Source: Chara braunii
Lineage: Eukaryota > Plantae > Charophyceae
NCBI GenBank assembly: GCA_003427395.1
Contig: BFEA01000028.1
Span: 1,786,479-1,850,478 of the forward strand
Direction: 5' to 3'
DNA length: 64,000 nt
The translations under genes were made by a program, and so were the position numbers. Below, one piece after another: positions 24,933-38,215 of the stretch (its first letter is position 1; the number at the start of each line of letters is the position of its first letter). The notes beneath the pieces are model-generated. The model saw only the letters and a list, made by a program, of their open reading frames with translations. It ran no database searches and was not told the origin of the DNA.

Positions 24933-25230
24933 TCAGAAAAGTACGCTCAGAGGTCGGTCGGTAGAGGGGGGGATTGATTGATGGATGACCGCAGGGAGAG
25001 GGGGAAAAAGTTGTATTGCGAAACATGGGTTGACTGGTAGAAAGGAGGTTTGATTAGAAGGTATCAGCGCGGAGTTGGAATAGAGAAACAAAGGTTCCTT
25101 CTCTTCCGAGTTAAGGGATAAAGGAGAGGAGAAGTGGTTAAGGGCCAACATTCAACAAGAAGGGGAGCGAGACGGTATGAGAAAGGTAAGTTAAAGGTCC
25201 TCAAATTTAGGTTTGAGAATCAATGAGAGA
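24933..25230 (-). pseudogene. Possible highly decayed LINE reverse-transcriptase N-terminal fragment
   Basis: LIPSNQTSFLP...DRPLSVLF resembles the LIxxxQxGFxPG...xxLFLD segment of L1 RT. No other motif was recovered. Confidence 0.3.
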
Positions 25231-26278
25231 GAGTTGATTGCTAGGGGGAGCCTTTAGGGATATAATTTTTTGTACTGTTGTTAGAATGGCACGCTGCTTA
25301 ATTCTGGTAAAGCATCAGTGGATTGTTTCAAAGAGAATAACAAAGGTCTGATGTAAGCGTTAGTTCTATTGATAATCACCTACTCAATTTATTTTTAATT
25401 ACCTTTATTTAACAACTTTTTATTTTTATGCAGCTGAACGAGTTAACCCACGTTTCTTTTTTTTTTAGTTCATAACACTTATGTGCAGAAAAGAAAGAAT
25501 ATTATAGGATTACCTTCAAAACGAACTGATGTACTTACACCAGACTTGTAGTTATACTAACATTCTGGTCTGGTTTTCCATATGTTTCTTTGAGAGGAAT
25601 GAACGTACATTGGAAAATCAATAAGCCAAACGAAAAATTTATAGAGCTTATAAAATTCAATATCCAACAGGCCTAACAAAGGCTTAAGCAATATCTTAAA
25701 AGTCTCAAGGATAAAGACAAGAGAAACAGGGATTAACTCGTACATAAGATTTTAGCCGCATACAAATAAAAGGTAGAAAACCAACAAGTTAAAAGAAAAT
25801 TTATAGAGTTCAAAACACAAAGTGTCCAAGGGACAAAAACAAAATTTTTTAGTGTAATTTTTTTTTTTTTTTTTTTTTTTATTATCGGATAGTTTTCATT
25901 ATTTAAAACTTGTTATTTATACGATTAAATATCTAATAGGTTTAGCAAGGGCTTAAGGAGTATCACAAAAGCATGGTTTATATTTATTTTTATATCATTA
26001 AAAAAAAAAAAAAACAATTTTTTTAATCAATATTTGTCAAAATCACTAACGAGCAAACCAGATCAACATTTTGCCCCTCTGGAGTTTCTATTGGATATAA
26101 TTTTCATAATGACTATGATGAAGATCTCAAAGTTAAACGAAACGAAGAGGTGCGTGTCCGTGTCGGCAAGTGGTGGCGCCGAAAAAGAGCCAAGGCAAGA
26201 TGCGAATGTCTCCCGCGAGGTGGGAAAGATACACCACCAGTTTTTTGTTTTTTTAGTGTCGACGGGGAAAGCGGATCC

Positions 26279-26497
26279 GCGTCGTTTCGTTTCGGCCTTA
26301 CGGCCTCGCTACACTACTTTTTTTTTTTGTCGTTTTGTGGGGAGCAGGTACACTATTCCCTTTTTTTGTCGTTTTGTGGGTTGCCCGCTCCGTCGTTTCG
26401 TTTCGGTCTAGGACCTCGCTGCATTATTTTTTTTTTTGTCGTTTTGTGGGTTGCCCGCTCCCGTCGTTTCGTTTCGGCCTAGGACCTCGCTGCGCTA
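26279..26497. repeat. Degenerate tandem repeat (cgtcgtttcgtttcgg / tttttttgtcgttttgtggg units, x3)
   Basis: Directly visible repeated blocks. Confidence 0.85.
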
Positions 26498-26789
26498 CTC
26501 TCCGAATGTGCAAAACGAGATTGAATCCACCGCTACACTACGGAGAAATACATTGCCATTTTTTTTCGGTCGTGATCTCTCCGCATGTGCAAAACGAGAT
26601 TGAATCCATTGCTATAGGACGGACAAATACATTGCCATCTTTTTTTGCGTCGTGAAAGCTTAGGGCGGTGGGGACGAACGGGTTTACTGGGGGGGGTGCG
26701 GGGAGGTGGAGACCGGGCCAGTCGACGAGGGGAGGGACAACGCGAGGAGCAAAAGAGGGACCAACGCGGGGGGCGGGGGGGGGGGGGGG

Positions 26790-26857
<68 letters not shown>

Positions 26858-27876
26858 GAGAGTGGGCATTGGTGTGGAATTGCAATTTCCTTCTCTTTTT
26901 TTTTCTCTTTTGGTCCTTTGTATATAAAAGGGGTATTATTGGATCAAGTTGTATGACTGACAAAAAAAGGGATAGATACTTACATGTGATTATTTCGCAT
27001 TATATGATGAATGTGGTGTTCTTACCCAGAAAGTTGGTTTAAAGATTAACCTTCCCAAAACAAAAATCTATAACGTTTCAGTCCTTAAAATCATAAGATT
27101 TTACAAAGTTGATAAATAAGACCGCCACTTCCACTTTCCTTTGTCTTGCATACCGATTAATCTCGTTGATTAGGAGAATTATGCACAAATGATAAAAACC
27201 ACTTACACAAAGCCCTAACTACCATATTCATAATCTTTGACTTATCCTCTTTCTAATAGATGAGGGCGAACACCCTTTGGCCAATCAAATCCCCCAAAAA
27301 AAATTCTTTTGAATTGCATAAATTTTTCTTATTAGATCCTCGTTAAACCACCCGTCCTTCCTAAAGTCGTGCCTGTTAACAAGCCATGATTTTAGATAAC
27401 ATACGGTGTCGCACTTTTTCCAGTCGGGCCACTTCGAGCGACCGGAAAGCCAACATGCCGTCACGCATAATTTTATGTGTGATTGCAATAAATTAAATAA
27501 TGCAAATCCCTTCCTATTGTGTGCGTCCGGCTTCGAGCAAGAACCTTCAATTGCGGTTTTCGCCGGTCCCCGGTCTTAGGAATATTTTATTTTGACTCGG
27601 AACAGCAGAGAATTATGCAAATAATAATCATAAAATTATGGGGAGCTATGCATGCATCAATTATGTCAATCTGATTCTGAGAACTGTGACAAAACATCCA
27701 CGAAGACAATCATCAAGCAAGAATAATGCAGAAAATAAGACTGACTGACTCGAGCAAAGACAGAAGCAATTGAGTGAGGGAAGAATGAGAACTCGTAATA
27801 ATCTCAGAAAGTACACATAAACGAGCGTGGTCAGCACCTCTGAAGAGTTCTCACTCATCCCTCTGGTCCATCTCTC

Positions 27877-28512
27877 TCAATTTCTTTTCACTGCTCTTCT
27901 CTGGTGTCGAGACTCACGCCCACGTACAATCTGAGACCAAGGCTTCGTGACAAAAAGCCACGTGTAGCCATCAACCTCTGAACACGACCATCTGAGGCAC
28001 ATGACACGGTAATCAACCATGGAGCAAAACTCCTCCCACAATGTAGGCAACCGGTAGGGATACTCGGTGGGCTCGGTCAGTGCCTCAACGTCGATCACTG
28101 CCGAGGAGATGTTACTCTTTGCCAAACCAACCATATCCAGCCAACTCGAGTCATAAGTGGGAAGAGAAGGGACCGGAGGCCTAGGATAGTCTGTATAAGG
28201 CATTGGCCCGAAGCTGCGGATCAGCGTAGTGCCACTCTCATCGAGCTCCCTCTCTCTGCGCTCAAGGTATTCAGTGACTGAGGTCCAGACCGGGTCAAAG
28301 TGCTCATGAGTCTCCTTACCCTTCTTCAGGTAAGGTCTCAGATCGTGAATAGTGTCATCAACAAAACTGGTCTGGACAATGAAGATCGACAGATCTCCCT
28401 GTCTGAAACCAGTGGCACTAACATACCGATAATGAAATGCCTCCTTGCATGAGATCCGATTGAGGTTAGCCAGCACTGACTCACTAATCGGCATAGACTG
28501 AACTGTGCTCAT
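27877..28512 (-). CDS. Orphan intronless ORF, 211 aa (possible TE cargo)
   Basis: ATG-initiated and non-low-complexity, with globular-looking composition. No motif recognised. Confidence 0.45.
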   Translation of the reverse strand: MSTVQSMPISESVLANLNRISCKEAFHYRYVSATGFRQGDLSIFIVQTSFVDDTIHDLRPYLKKGKETHEHFDPVWTSVTEYLERRERELDESGTTLIRSFGPMPYTDYPRPPVPSLPTYDSSWLDMVGLAKSNISSAVIDVEALTEPTEYPYRLPTLWEEFCSMVDYRVMCLRWSCSEVDGYTWLFVTKPWSQIVRGRESRHQRRAVKRN

Positions 28513-28678
28513 GAGTACTCTTGCCAGTGCAAGCCGACCGGACTGATTGCAGGAAGCTGATTGCTGGAACTGATTGCTAGAAACTGATTCCTAGTAACTG
28601 GCTCTGATGATTGATTGCTGATTAGATGATTGCTAAATTTTCAAGTATGTGAACTGTCCTTGTACAGAAACAAAACTC

Positions 28679-28933
28679 TCACGGGTGGTTGCCAACGACC
28701 CTCCTCGCCTCCTCAACAGTACCCTCAGAAGTGATGATGGCACATAATTTCCCATTCCTGTCATCCAGAAAGTATGAGTACTCAATTCTTGTATGACTTC
28801 TCACAAGGGACAGTGCGCGTTCCATCATCACAGCAGTCTGTTGGCTGTACCCCTCGACTGCACTTTCCCTCCAAGTCTCCGCAATGCTCTGATATAGTGA
28901 GCAAGAGACTTTAACCGTGTTGTTGCTCTCCAT
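28679..28933 (-). CDS. Orphan ORF, 84 aa (possible TE cargo)
   Basis: ATG-initiated, protein-like composition, co-oriented with and adjacent to the 211-aa ORF. Confidence 0.3.
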   Translation of the reverse strand: MESNNTVKVSCSLYQSIAETWRESAVEGYSQQTAVMMERALSLVRSHTRIEYSYFLDDRNGKLCAIITSEGTVEEARRVVGNHP

Positions 28934-31900
28934 ACCTTCATCGGACTCTCATTACATCAGTTATCACAACTCAAAATAGGTGACTCTTGGATGATCCGAA
29001 TATGAAAAGGTGGTACTGAGTTGACTGCTGAACTGCTGAAGGCTGGTTGCTGATAATTAACTGTTGTTTCCTGGATGCTGCCTCTTAACGCTGATTAAGA
29101 AACTAGTTCAACTGCTGATCAGAAAGAAAAAAAATTGACTGCTTATTGTCCTGAAGACTTGATTGCTCTCTATTCTAGAAGACTGATTGCTCGTTGTTCT
29201 GGAAACTTACTGCCCGTTGTTTCGAATAACTGATTACTCGCTATTCCGAAAACTGAACACTTGCTGTTCTGGAAGTTTAATTACTTGCTGTTTTCTGAAT
29301 ATTGTTCCTTAAGTGTTGCTTTTGAAGACTGAGTCTGAATGTTGGATCTGCATGTTGGATCTGAATGCTGAGTCTAAATGTTGGTTGATTGCTGGTTGAG
29401 AGCCAAAGAATGCTGGGTACCAACTGAATGATGAAAGTCATCCGGATGCCCTCTGATTGAGCGTTAGTATAATGAGTCACGAAGTTATTGCTTCTCGTGT
29501 CTCGGTAAAAATGGTGACTCAGATATTACTTGGGTTCACGTGAGGTTTGCTCTAGCTCGCTCCACACTCTCTAGTGAGGAGCCGATAGTGTGCAGCTTGT
29601 CATCAGACCCGTAGAAATAAGTCACATACTCAATGTATTTTTATGTTTTTACCTTCTGAACTGCATGTTCGCGCTGGACCTGCCTCTGGGAGACCATATC
29701 CAGGCACGCCTCCTCTTCCACCCCCTTTTCTTATCCCTAACATAACTACACTTTACAACTAGCAGCTCACTGTCCTTCATGTCTTCCCAACAGTCTAAGT
29801 TGCTAGAAACTGATTAGAGTGCTCCTCTCCGCTTGTGGCGGGTTGTAATCAGATCAAATCTCGCTCATTTGATTTACACTTATGAGTGGGGTTGACAGAT
29901 AAGCGTCGAGCTCACGTTTCAGATCACCAGAGCCTGACGGACAACCCTTCACCTTGTGTTTTTGCTGCATTACTACTCACCTGGGTAACCGATTGGTATA
30001 CTGGATGTAGGTGCCCTTTTGTCTCAGAGATATAATAGCCGAATCTGAGTCATGTCAACTTCACAGTTTTCTTCAAGAGTCTGGTTGGTGCCTGGCCCTT
30101 GGGTTAGTTACTCAGTGCCAAGGGTTTAAGAGTGTCCCGCTCTTAATTCTTCCTCGACTAGTCAGTTCTTAATTCATACCGGACCGCAACCCAGACTCAG
30201 CATGGCCCTCTGACCGCAACCAAGGACACTCTCCAGAGAGAAAACTTATAATGAATCGAGCCGTCGCTCAATCCCACAGCGAGTGCTCAGAACATTAGTG
30301 GTCCAGTTTCAACTCAAACACTAAACAACTAACTGTTTCTGGATGCACCGCAAAGGCTTTGGCTGAAGGACAGTTGCGCGCCTGACCAACTGTCATAAGT
30401 CTAATCCCAGACCCATCCGAGCATTCTGTGCGTAGGAGCTGGCATATTCCATTGATGGGAGTCCACTAGGAATGACCATTAGTCCCCGAACAGACTGGTA
30501 GGATCGATTGTGTTTTTAGATTTGGCCCGGACAAAAAGGTCTTCGCGCTTTAACTGGAAAATTTAGCAATGATTACAGGTAGATTTGACGTGTTGGCTAA
30601 ACCACCCTTCAACCCAGTTTAAGCCAATTTGTTAAGGGGCTCCTAAGTTGCCCAAAACGACTGTGAACACAACCAAAAGAAAACTTCATACCTTTTTCAT
30701 GGTTACTTCGAAACCTCAGAGTTGATCGATGTCAGAAATGAAAGTTGATGACACTCAGGCAAACCCCTAGCTTCGACTTATCCACATCCTCTGGTATCAA
30801 TCCTCGCTAGCGTACTGGAAACTACATACAGTTGATATTAATCTCCATCAAGTAAAAACTTGGCAATTAAATAAGAGAGTTTTCTTAACCGTCCTCTTCT
30901 CCCCCGGCGGTTCATCACTCATACCTAATATTATGAGAAGGCAAAAAACAATTTCCTGCCTATCTTTGCTGATGTGAAAAGGGTGACTACTTCGTTGGTT
31001 AGACAGAGCACGCGTTATTACTCACACAAAAACTCTCAAATTGATTTATGTCACATCACAAGCATGGACAAACCCACACAATTAGCTCCCTCTTTTACAT
31101 GCTTGTTCACGAGTCCATCACATCTGAGGACAAAACGCGTAAGGGCTGGAGACAACTTACTTTCTTGCGCTTGAAATGACAGTATTTTATACCGCTCTCA
31201 GTCTCCAATATAGAGAGAGTTAATGAGTAAATGACACTACATTACAATCACTGAGTTCACAAGCCGATTCACGCACGCGCTGGCTCTGATTGAAATCCAG
31301 AGTCAAGTAGAAGGGTACAGCCTCGAAATCTGTAGCTAAACGACATCTATCATCCACAAAGTTCTGCCTCGTCTAGTCGCAAGATGTCACTCATCGGCCT
31401 AGATCCCTGCCAGCGCCCGTCGTGACAGAGACAAATTTACTAGAGACAACAGTGAGCAAGACACAGAGACATCTACAAGAAGCAAATCCATATCCCCAGA
31501 CTAGCGCACCAATAAGACGCTTCTCTTCTTCCAACACCCCTTATCAGCGTCTGTCTAAGAGCGTTGGTCCGTCGCCTCAAGAAGACCTCTTAAATCACGA
31601 CACTCTACATACATACATCAACAAGGGAAAGGGGACGTTGACACGTCGACTTCATACGGACTGCTGAGAGTGCTCGAGAAACCCCTTCCGCTTTGTCATG
31701 CAGTACTCAGTAGTTGCCTCTCACGTACCGTCCTCTACCAAACGAGTTCCCGATGGGTCAGTCCCTTCTTTACTCACGCACTCACTCCGGCGACGTCTTT
31801 AAAAGCTTTTACTCCCTCTCAAGAAACCCAACCGTCACATCCACTCATCACACATCAGAGCAAGTGGCTATCACCGCCTTTCGACTTACAGTCCCCCACT

Positions 31901-32730
31901 TCACAACTTACAGGGGTACGTCCCATTTAGTGAACCAAAAGACCATTCGTCGCAGCAGACGACACTGACCGAAATCAGAGTTTTACTCGCTTCTCTCGTT
32001 TTCCTTCCGCACGTGATCCACAACGGAGAGGCATCTTCACCAGTAAAAGTATGCCGAAGCATTTTCTGGCGGAGATTGAATTGATAGACACTTACTAGGC
32101 GTGGCACGTGAAAACTAGCTGCGTCACTCATGCTAAACCGAACCCATCCTCACTCGCTTCTCTCGAGTGCTTGCACCGTAGTTGCCTTACGAGCGAGCAA
32201 AAAGCGTCGGGTCATCAGCCACGTGGCACCCTGAGTGAGTATGAAAACAACAGTTGAAGTCAACCGTATCTAACAAAATAGCCCACGCTCATCCGTACCG
32301 CACTTCTTGTTGACTTCCCTTTCTTTCCTCGAAGAGCAGCCTAAAACCTCGTTGCTTCATCAGTAGCAACCATGACTTCTATCATACTGCGCATGCTGAA
32401 GTCATAATTTTTCACCCGCCGTCTGAGCATCTCACTCACGCTCGTACACACCGCCAGTTACAATCATTTCTCTGGTTCATCGCACACGCTGCAGTTCAGC
32501 TGACATCACCATCTCAACGCGCGCGCTCAGTTCCTGCTTCTACCTCTTCCGTTGACCCCCTTTTTCCGTTAACTGACTTATCACACGTTTAACCTTCTGC
32601 TTCATGCCTAGCAGCTTCCAACTCAGAACGACCCTCGCCAGCAGAGTCTCTCAAGAAAAATGATGCCTCGCACGCGATGGCGCTTGACGTTAACAGCAAG
32701 CTCTCAGGCACGTGCGTTCCTCCCTGCGTC

Positions 32731-33372
32731 TCACCAGCACACGTTGACCACTCCCTCTCTCTCTCTCTGCATGACCCGCGCCCTCACTCCTCCGGCCTCG
32801 CCACCCTGTCGTGCGTGTCGCTCCCTCTCCTTTTTTTTACACCCGTTTCTTACCCTTACTCTGTTTCCCTCTGGTCCCGCGGCCTCCAGTCTCGCAGTTC
32901 TGGGAGTCAGCTGTCGTGAGCTGGCCTCGGGTCCCTTCTCCACTGGTCCTGCGGCTCGGTGGTGCCTTTGGATCTCCTCGGGTCTGTTCCACGACCTGAG
33001 ATTCGTCTCACAGTCAGCCTCGCTCATTTCACTCTCCCCCCCTGAGTCTCTCTCGTTGTGCTCCTCCTCCCTTGTCTCGGTCCCAGATGATGATTCGGTC
33101 TCGTGATAGATGACCGTCACTCTCAAGCCCACGGTCACCCCATCTCGTCTGCATCTCCACTCCGCCCTGTCGCGCGCTTCGGAAATGGCAGCCTGCAACC
33201 TCTGGTCACCTCGCATCTCCTCCTCTCTCCCCCATTCAATGCAGACTTTTAGCCAGACTACCTCTCCCCCATCATAGTTCAGGGCCGTCATAATCTGAGG
33301 GCCTTCCCCCGATACTACAACCCAGCGCACTGTATGCCACCAACACCCCGGCCTATAGCCGTGTAGTGCCAT
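32731..33372 (-). CDS. Orphan ORF (~213 aa; Trp-rich N-terminus, acidic middle), possibly spliced at about 32859
   Basis: ATG at 33372, TATAAAAA at 33564-33557 upstream, and a possible donor AGA|GTAAGG at 32859. No family recognised. Confidence 0.35.
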   Translation of the reverse strand: MALHGYRPGCWWHTVRWVVVSGEGPQIMTALNYDGGEVVWLKVCIEWGREEEMRGDQRLQAAISEARDRAEWRCRRDGVTVGLRVTVIYHETESSSGTETREEEHNERDSGGESEMSEADCETNLRSWNRPEEIQRHHRAAGPVEKGPEASSRQLTPRTARLEAAGPEGNRVRVRNGCKKKERERHARQGGEAGGVRARVMQREREGVVNVCW

Positions 33373-36300
33373 TGCCACTCAGGATAGCCGAGTACTTGAT
33401 CTCCGGGCGCTCACATTGAGATAGCCCCTTACAGGCCTCGAAGATCCGCCCTCTCTCTTGTCTCAAGCCCGCAACACTAATGCAAAGGAAAACACTCTAC
33501 GACAGAAAGTACTCTACAATTAGTGTGCGTACCGCTAAACTCTCCTTCCCCTTTTCTTTTTATAGGTCGTAACTCTGAGTACTAAAGGAAGAGACCTGCT
33601 CTAGTCCTTTTAGAATTTTCCTTCATATTAGCAGTTTTGATATTTCCAAAATGGAAAACAAGGCAAAACTAAATAATTCAAAAACGAAAATTCAACGGTC
33701 GAAGTACGGTCCGAAAACACTATGCGGTTGCAGAGTCACTAATCATTACGATGGAACGGCGACCTAGTCCGGTATCCCATAATGAAACACCGACGGCGCG
33801 TCTCTCACTTCAAAAATAGACCGCCGACATACTTCTACCGGGTGCCCGTGTCCCATGGTAAGGAGGAGGCCTATGACCCTCCACTCGGGGTGATAAGTCT
33901 CCTACCGATGCGGCCGCGGGTCGCCCCTCTTTTGGGGTCCTCGCGCGCGACGCCCAACCAGGCAAAGCCCATCACAAGCGGCTCATGAGGGATCACTCCA
34001 ATCTAGGCCGTCGGCAGTATTCGTAACTCATGCAAAGCGAACCGTCAACTCCCCGCGATATGACAGACCGAAAGAAAACCCATGCCTGACGCTCGCATGA
34101 AAAGAAAACCAAGTAATAATACCAATATTAACGATAATAATAATAATAATAATAATAATCGCAGAAAGGGAAAGGGTGGCGTTTTCAGAATCTCTTCATG
34201 CTGCAACCTCTCCCGAATAGCGTCCCAAGTTCGCGTACAAATTTAAAACCCGATTTTCGATTTTTTTTCCTTCCTTCTTTCTTCTTCATATTTTTCCCTT
34301 CTTTCCTTCTTTTTATTACCTCCCCTTTTCTCAGTCATTACTGTATCTACCCCTAAACTGAGCTTTTAGGGCCCAGTGCGCAGTTGAAACATACACACAG
34401 GTTACCTTTCCCCCTTCCCTGCACTTGGTTTGAATCACGACCATTAGGGCCAGACGGTCCTTTTCGACCCCAAGCAGACCCAGTTTGAACTGACAGCGAC
34501 CACGACTTGGAAACAGGACCGCTGGCCTCCCCCGCGAAGTGACAGGACCCCAACAAGGAAAAGGAATCTGCATTTGAAAATCAGCGAACTAATAGCGATA
34601 AAATAACAGTAACAATAAAATCAGGAGAAAAAAAAAAAACTCAAACGATACATCAGACAACCGTCGCTGAATCTCTCTGAACTAAAGCAACAGTCCTGAT
34701 CTACGTGCTGATCAGGTTTTCCACTTTCTTTTCTTTGCTTTTTATATTTTTGTTTCCCCCTTTTATTCTCTTTCGTTCAACTTTTTCTTCCTGACAGCAG
34801 TCGTTTCCACGCACCTAACCTATAACTTGGCTAGAGGGAATTCGGCACGCAGTATGAAAGTTGCGCCAGTCCCTTCACCTCCGCGTCCCAGGGCGAGCCC
34901 GACGGCTACCACGGCCACAGGCCGATTGTGCTCTGCTGTACAGCGGGGCGCCGAGCCTGCGTGGACCAATGGAAAGCCCTGTGGCGCACCTTTTGTTGAG
35001 GCAAGCACCGAACAGGGTTGGTCCACGTCATGGTACAGCCCGGGTACCAGGGAATTTCTAATTCCGGAACGTGCCCGTAGGCACCACATAGGTCACGACA
35101 TCGAGACAAAGGGCGACATCAGGTAGGGACCTGGTACACAGAGGAGGGCCGGGACACTGCGCCCTCCGACAACGGGCCATTACAAGAGCGTCCAAATTAA
35201 TTCGATTATAAACTTTTTTACTCTATTATTTTCCACGGCCGATAGTTGGGTAAAGTAATGGTTGTTTAACAAGGGAAAGGGAAGGACTATATCTTCTCTA
35301 GTTGGGCTAGGGTTCACAAGGCAAGATGATAAATACAGTAATTGACAACATATGAATTATCTTGGTTGCATTGGCCTAGTTTTGTCTTCTCGTACCGTAA
35401 AAAAAAAAAAATTGTGATAAAAGATGCACACCGACTATAGGGTGCAGTTCCTCCCCCTTAGTAATCCGAACAAAACATACATACATCCTATACAACTACA
35501 ACATACGCTCTACGTTGTATTCGAATACATCGTAGGCACGTGAGGGTACAACTTTCAAAACCGTTGTTTCCCCCCCCCCTCATATTTAGTTGGTTGTATT
35601 GCAAATGATTTTCACCGTAGTTTTCTTATCTGATTTCTGCCACATTTTTGAAAATCGAAATAATGAGAAAACACTTAGGTTTTTCTTCGGATACCCGCGC
35701 ACCTAACTTATGCCTGGGTACTCACCTGGGTGGCGCATAGAGCATGACTTTCGAATGTACCTGACAACCCCAACACAAAAACACAAATTCATAATAAAAA
35801 AAAAAATCTTAAAAACAAAGGTGTTGTGAATAGTTGCAATACAAGCGCCCCGATGACCAACCAGGTATAAAAATCTTCCTAGGAAAACACTTCAAAATAC
35901 CCTAAAAATCGAGGCTACTAGCCGAGACGCTCGATGCTCCTTTTTTCCCCAGCAACCCGGCCGTGCAAGGACCAAGAGAGGTCATAGCAAAAAGAAAAAA
36001 AAAGGAAAAAATCCAAAATATCATGGAAAACGTAAAAAAAACTATGTTATGTAGAAAGATAAGTTGAACACTTTTGCCTGAACAATCCTGTCGAAACTCT
36101 TTACCACATGTAAAATAACATAAAAAACTTGTTTTTTTTTTTTTTTTTTTTTTTTTTCGGTTGGGCAAGTAGTCACTGTGCATTTTGATAGCTTAGCTAA
36201 AAATATATTTCCACGTTTGTTTTTATCTTTTTTTTTTTAAATTAAGATGTGAAATCCCACATGGGCTTCAAACAAAAGTTGTTTGTATTGCAATTTTTAC

Positions 36301-37299
36301 AACTTTTTGTGGGGGGTGATTTTCCAAGTTAAAAATTGCAAAACATTAACTATAACATATGTACGTTGTATTAAAATACAACGCATATACGCTGTATTTG
36401 ATAATCTATTAAAATACAATGCATATACGTTGTATTTGATAATCTATTCTGTTAAAAACAAAAAAAAACAGCGATTTGAAAAACCTTATCTTTTTAGGTA
36501 AATTCAATAGAAAGTACGCACATTTTCTTAGGGTTCAAGTTGGGATAATAGTATTCCCCAAAATATAAGGGGTTGTGATTGTGTTATAAATTTACAAACA
36601 ACTCTAAAAACTTGAAGCAAATTTATTTTAGGACCATGTACACTATGGCTATGACAATCACTAGTGCATTACAAATGGAGTTTCTGAAACCTCATTCTTT
36701 GGTTGTGTATCTAATGTGTTAGGTTTTTAAATAAGAGTGGTTCTTGCTTTGGCCAATGTTACTTCTCTCCGCTTGACATTTGTACAGGTAAAGCGCTTTT
36801 GGTAGTATTAAGTATCCTTGTCAATTATTGTGCGAGTAAACAAGTTACTAGTTTCTAATTTGTGTTGGTTAGAAAAATGTTTGAAATACGAGACCACATT
36901 ATATCTTCACCTACACTTTGCATTATCAAAATATTCTTTTCATAATTTTTTTGCTTTTCATTCTTTTCGATCTTGAAGTGAATCGTCCATGCTTGAGCTT
37001 GCTCACCATAACCGGCTTGTCTGAGTTATTGTCCAGCTGCAGCTGATTAAACATTTCCACATTCAAAGCATAAAATGAACGACATTGTGCCACTGCTAAA
37101 ACACAAAGAGTATTTATTTAAATACTGCTCTGTCTATTGCATGTTCGACTTTTATTTTCCCCTCATTTTTTTTCTCAATTGTGCTACACTTCAAGTTTAT
37201 AAAACCAATAGACAATGGGCTAATAATTTTATTCCTAAGTCAACCAATATCCCCAAGAATCTGTTACAACAGCCAACACAATCTGAAATATAGGAGAGA

Positions 37300-38215
37300 A
37301 ATATTAAATTCTTAGTAGTCCGAGCCTCTAATTGATATTTGCATAGAAGTTACTGCCCAACCATGTTCCTATGATTAAAAGAGCAAACAACTAATTGGAA
37401 GTATTCTGCAACTGATAGTCCACCTAATAATATTTCTAAGATGAGGAAAAAGTCAATCCTGATGTCAGATAGTCGTAATTCTCCCCTCTACCTCACGCAG
37501 GCGTAGGCTGTTTTCATAGGTCGAACGAACCTGTATGTGTCGCAAATATGCAACTCAACTACGACACAGATTAATATTGCAATATCCGGGTTGTTAACGG
37601 GTCGGTCATTTTAGTGGAAAATCTCCTTCCTATTATCGGATTCAAGGTGATATTGAAATCCCCTGCTAGAAGCAATTGGCTGACATATAGGATAGATTAT
37701 TACATGTGAGGAAATTTCACTCTTTCTCCTTCGTCATCCAGGTTGTGGATACAAACAACGCATACTATTTTTACCACATTGAGGCTTTTAAAAAACTTTG
37801 TCTCCCTCGTTGACAGTTCTACTTTATATTCGAGTTCATCTTAAACCAGCGATACTTCCTAAAGTTGTGGGTGGTTTTCAAAAAATCCCAAATTCATCTG
37901 ACTAAAAACGTTTCTCCTTTACTTTTATTTTTTGCATCTGATAACTAGGCCATTGTGGTTTAAGTTTGGGGAGCTCATATCGCCACCCTTTCCGAAGCTC
38001 TGGCTTTTTCCAGTGCGTAGACTAGCTCGCTCGAGTATATTATTCTTCTTCTACCCTTATGTACTGGTGACAGTGTTGCATGTGTTTCCTGAACACATAT
38101 GAAATCCTACCCCCTTCTGGGAACTTCGTATCTGAAATCAGATCCCATGTTCCCTCCTTCTTCTACTCGTTTGGTGTTAGAAACACATTCACATTTACTG
38201 ACCGGATGTCCAGGT
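37300..38215 (-). pseudogene. L1-type LINE ORF2 APE endonuclease relic
   Basis: Motifs occur in the correct order on the minus strand: IRSVNVN (about 38200), LLLAGDFNITLN (GDFN at 37663-37652) and DIRIDFFLI (about 37467-37441). Interrupted by stops. Confidence 0.65.

Noticed and set aside
11576-35171. One giant LTR element bounded by TGTCG (11576) and CGACA (17958 or 35171)
   Set aside because: No pair of LTR direct repeats, PBS or exact TSD was found (ccggg versus acggg or tcatc).
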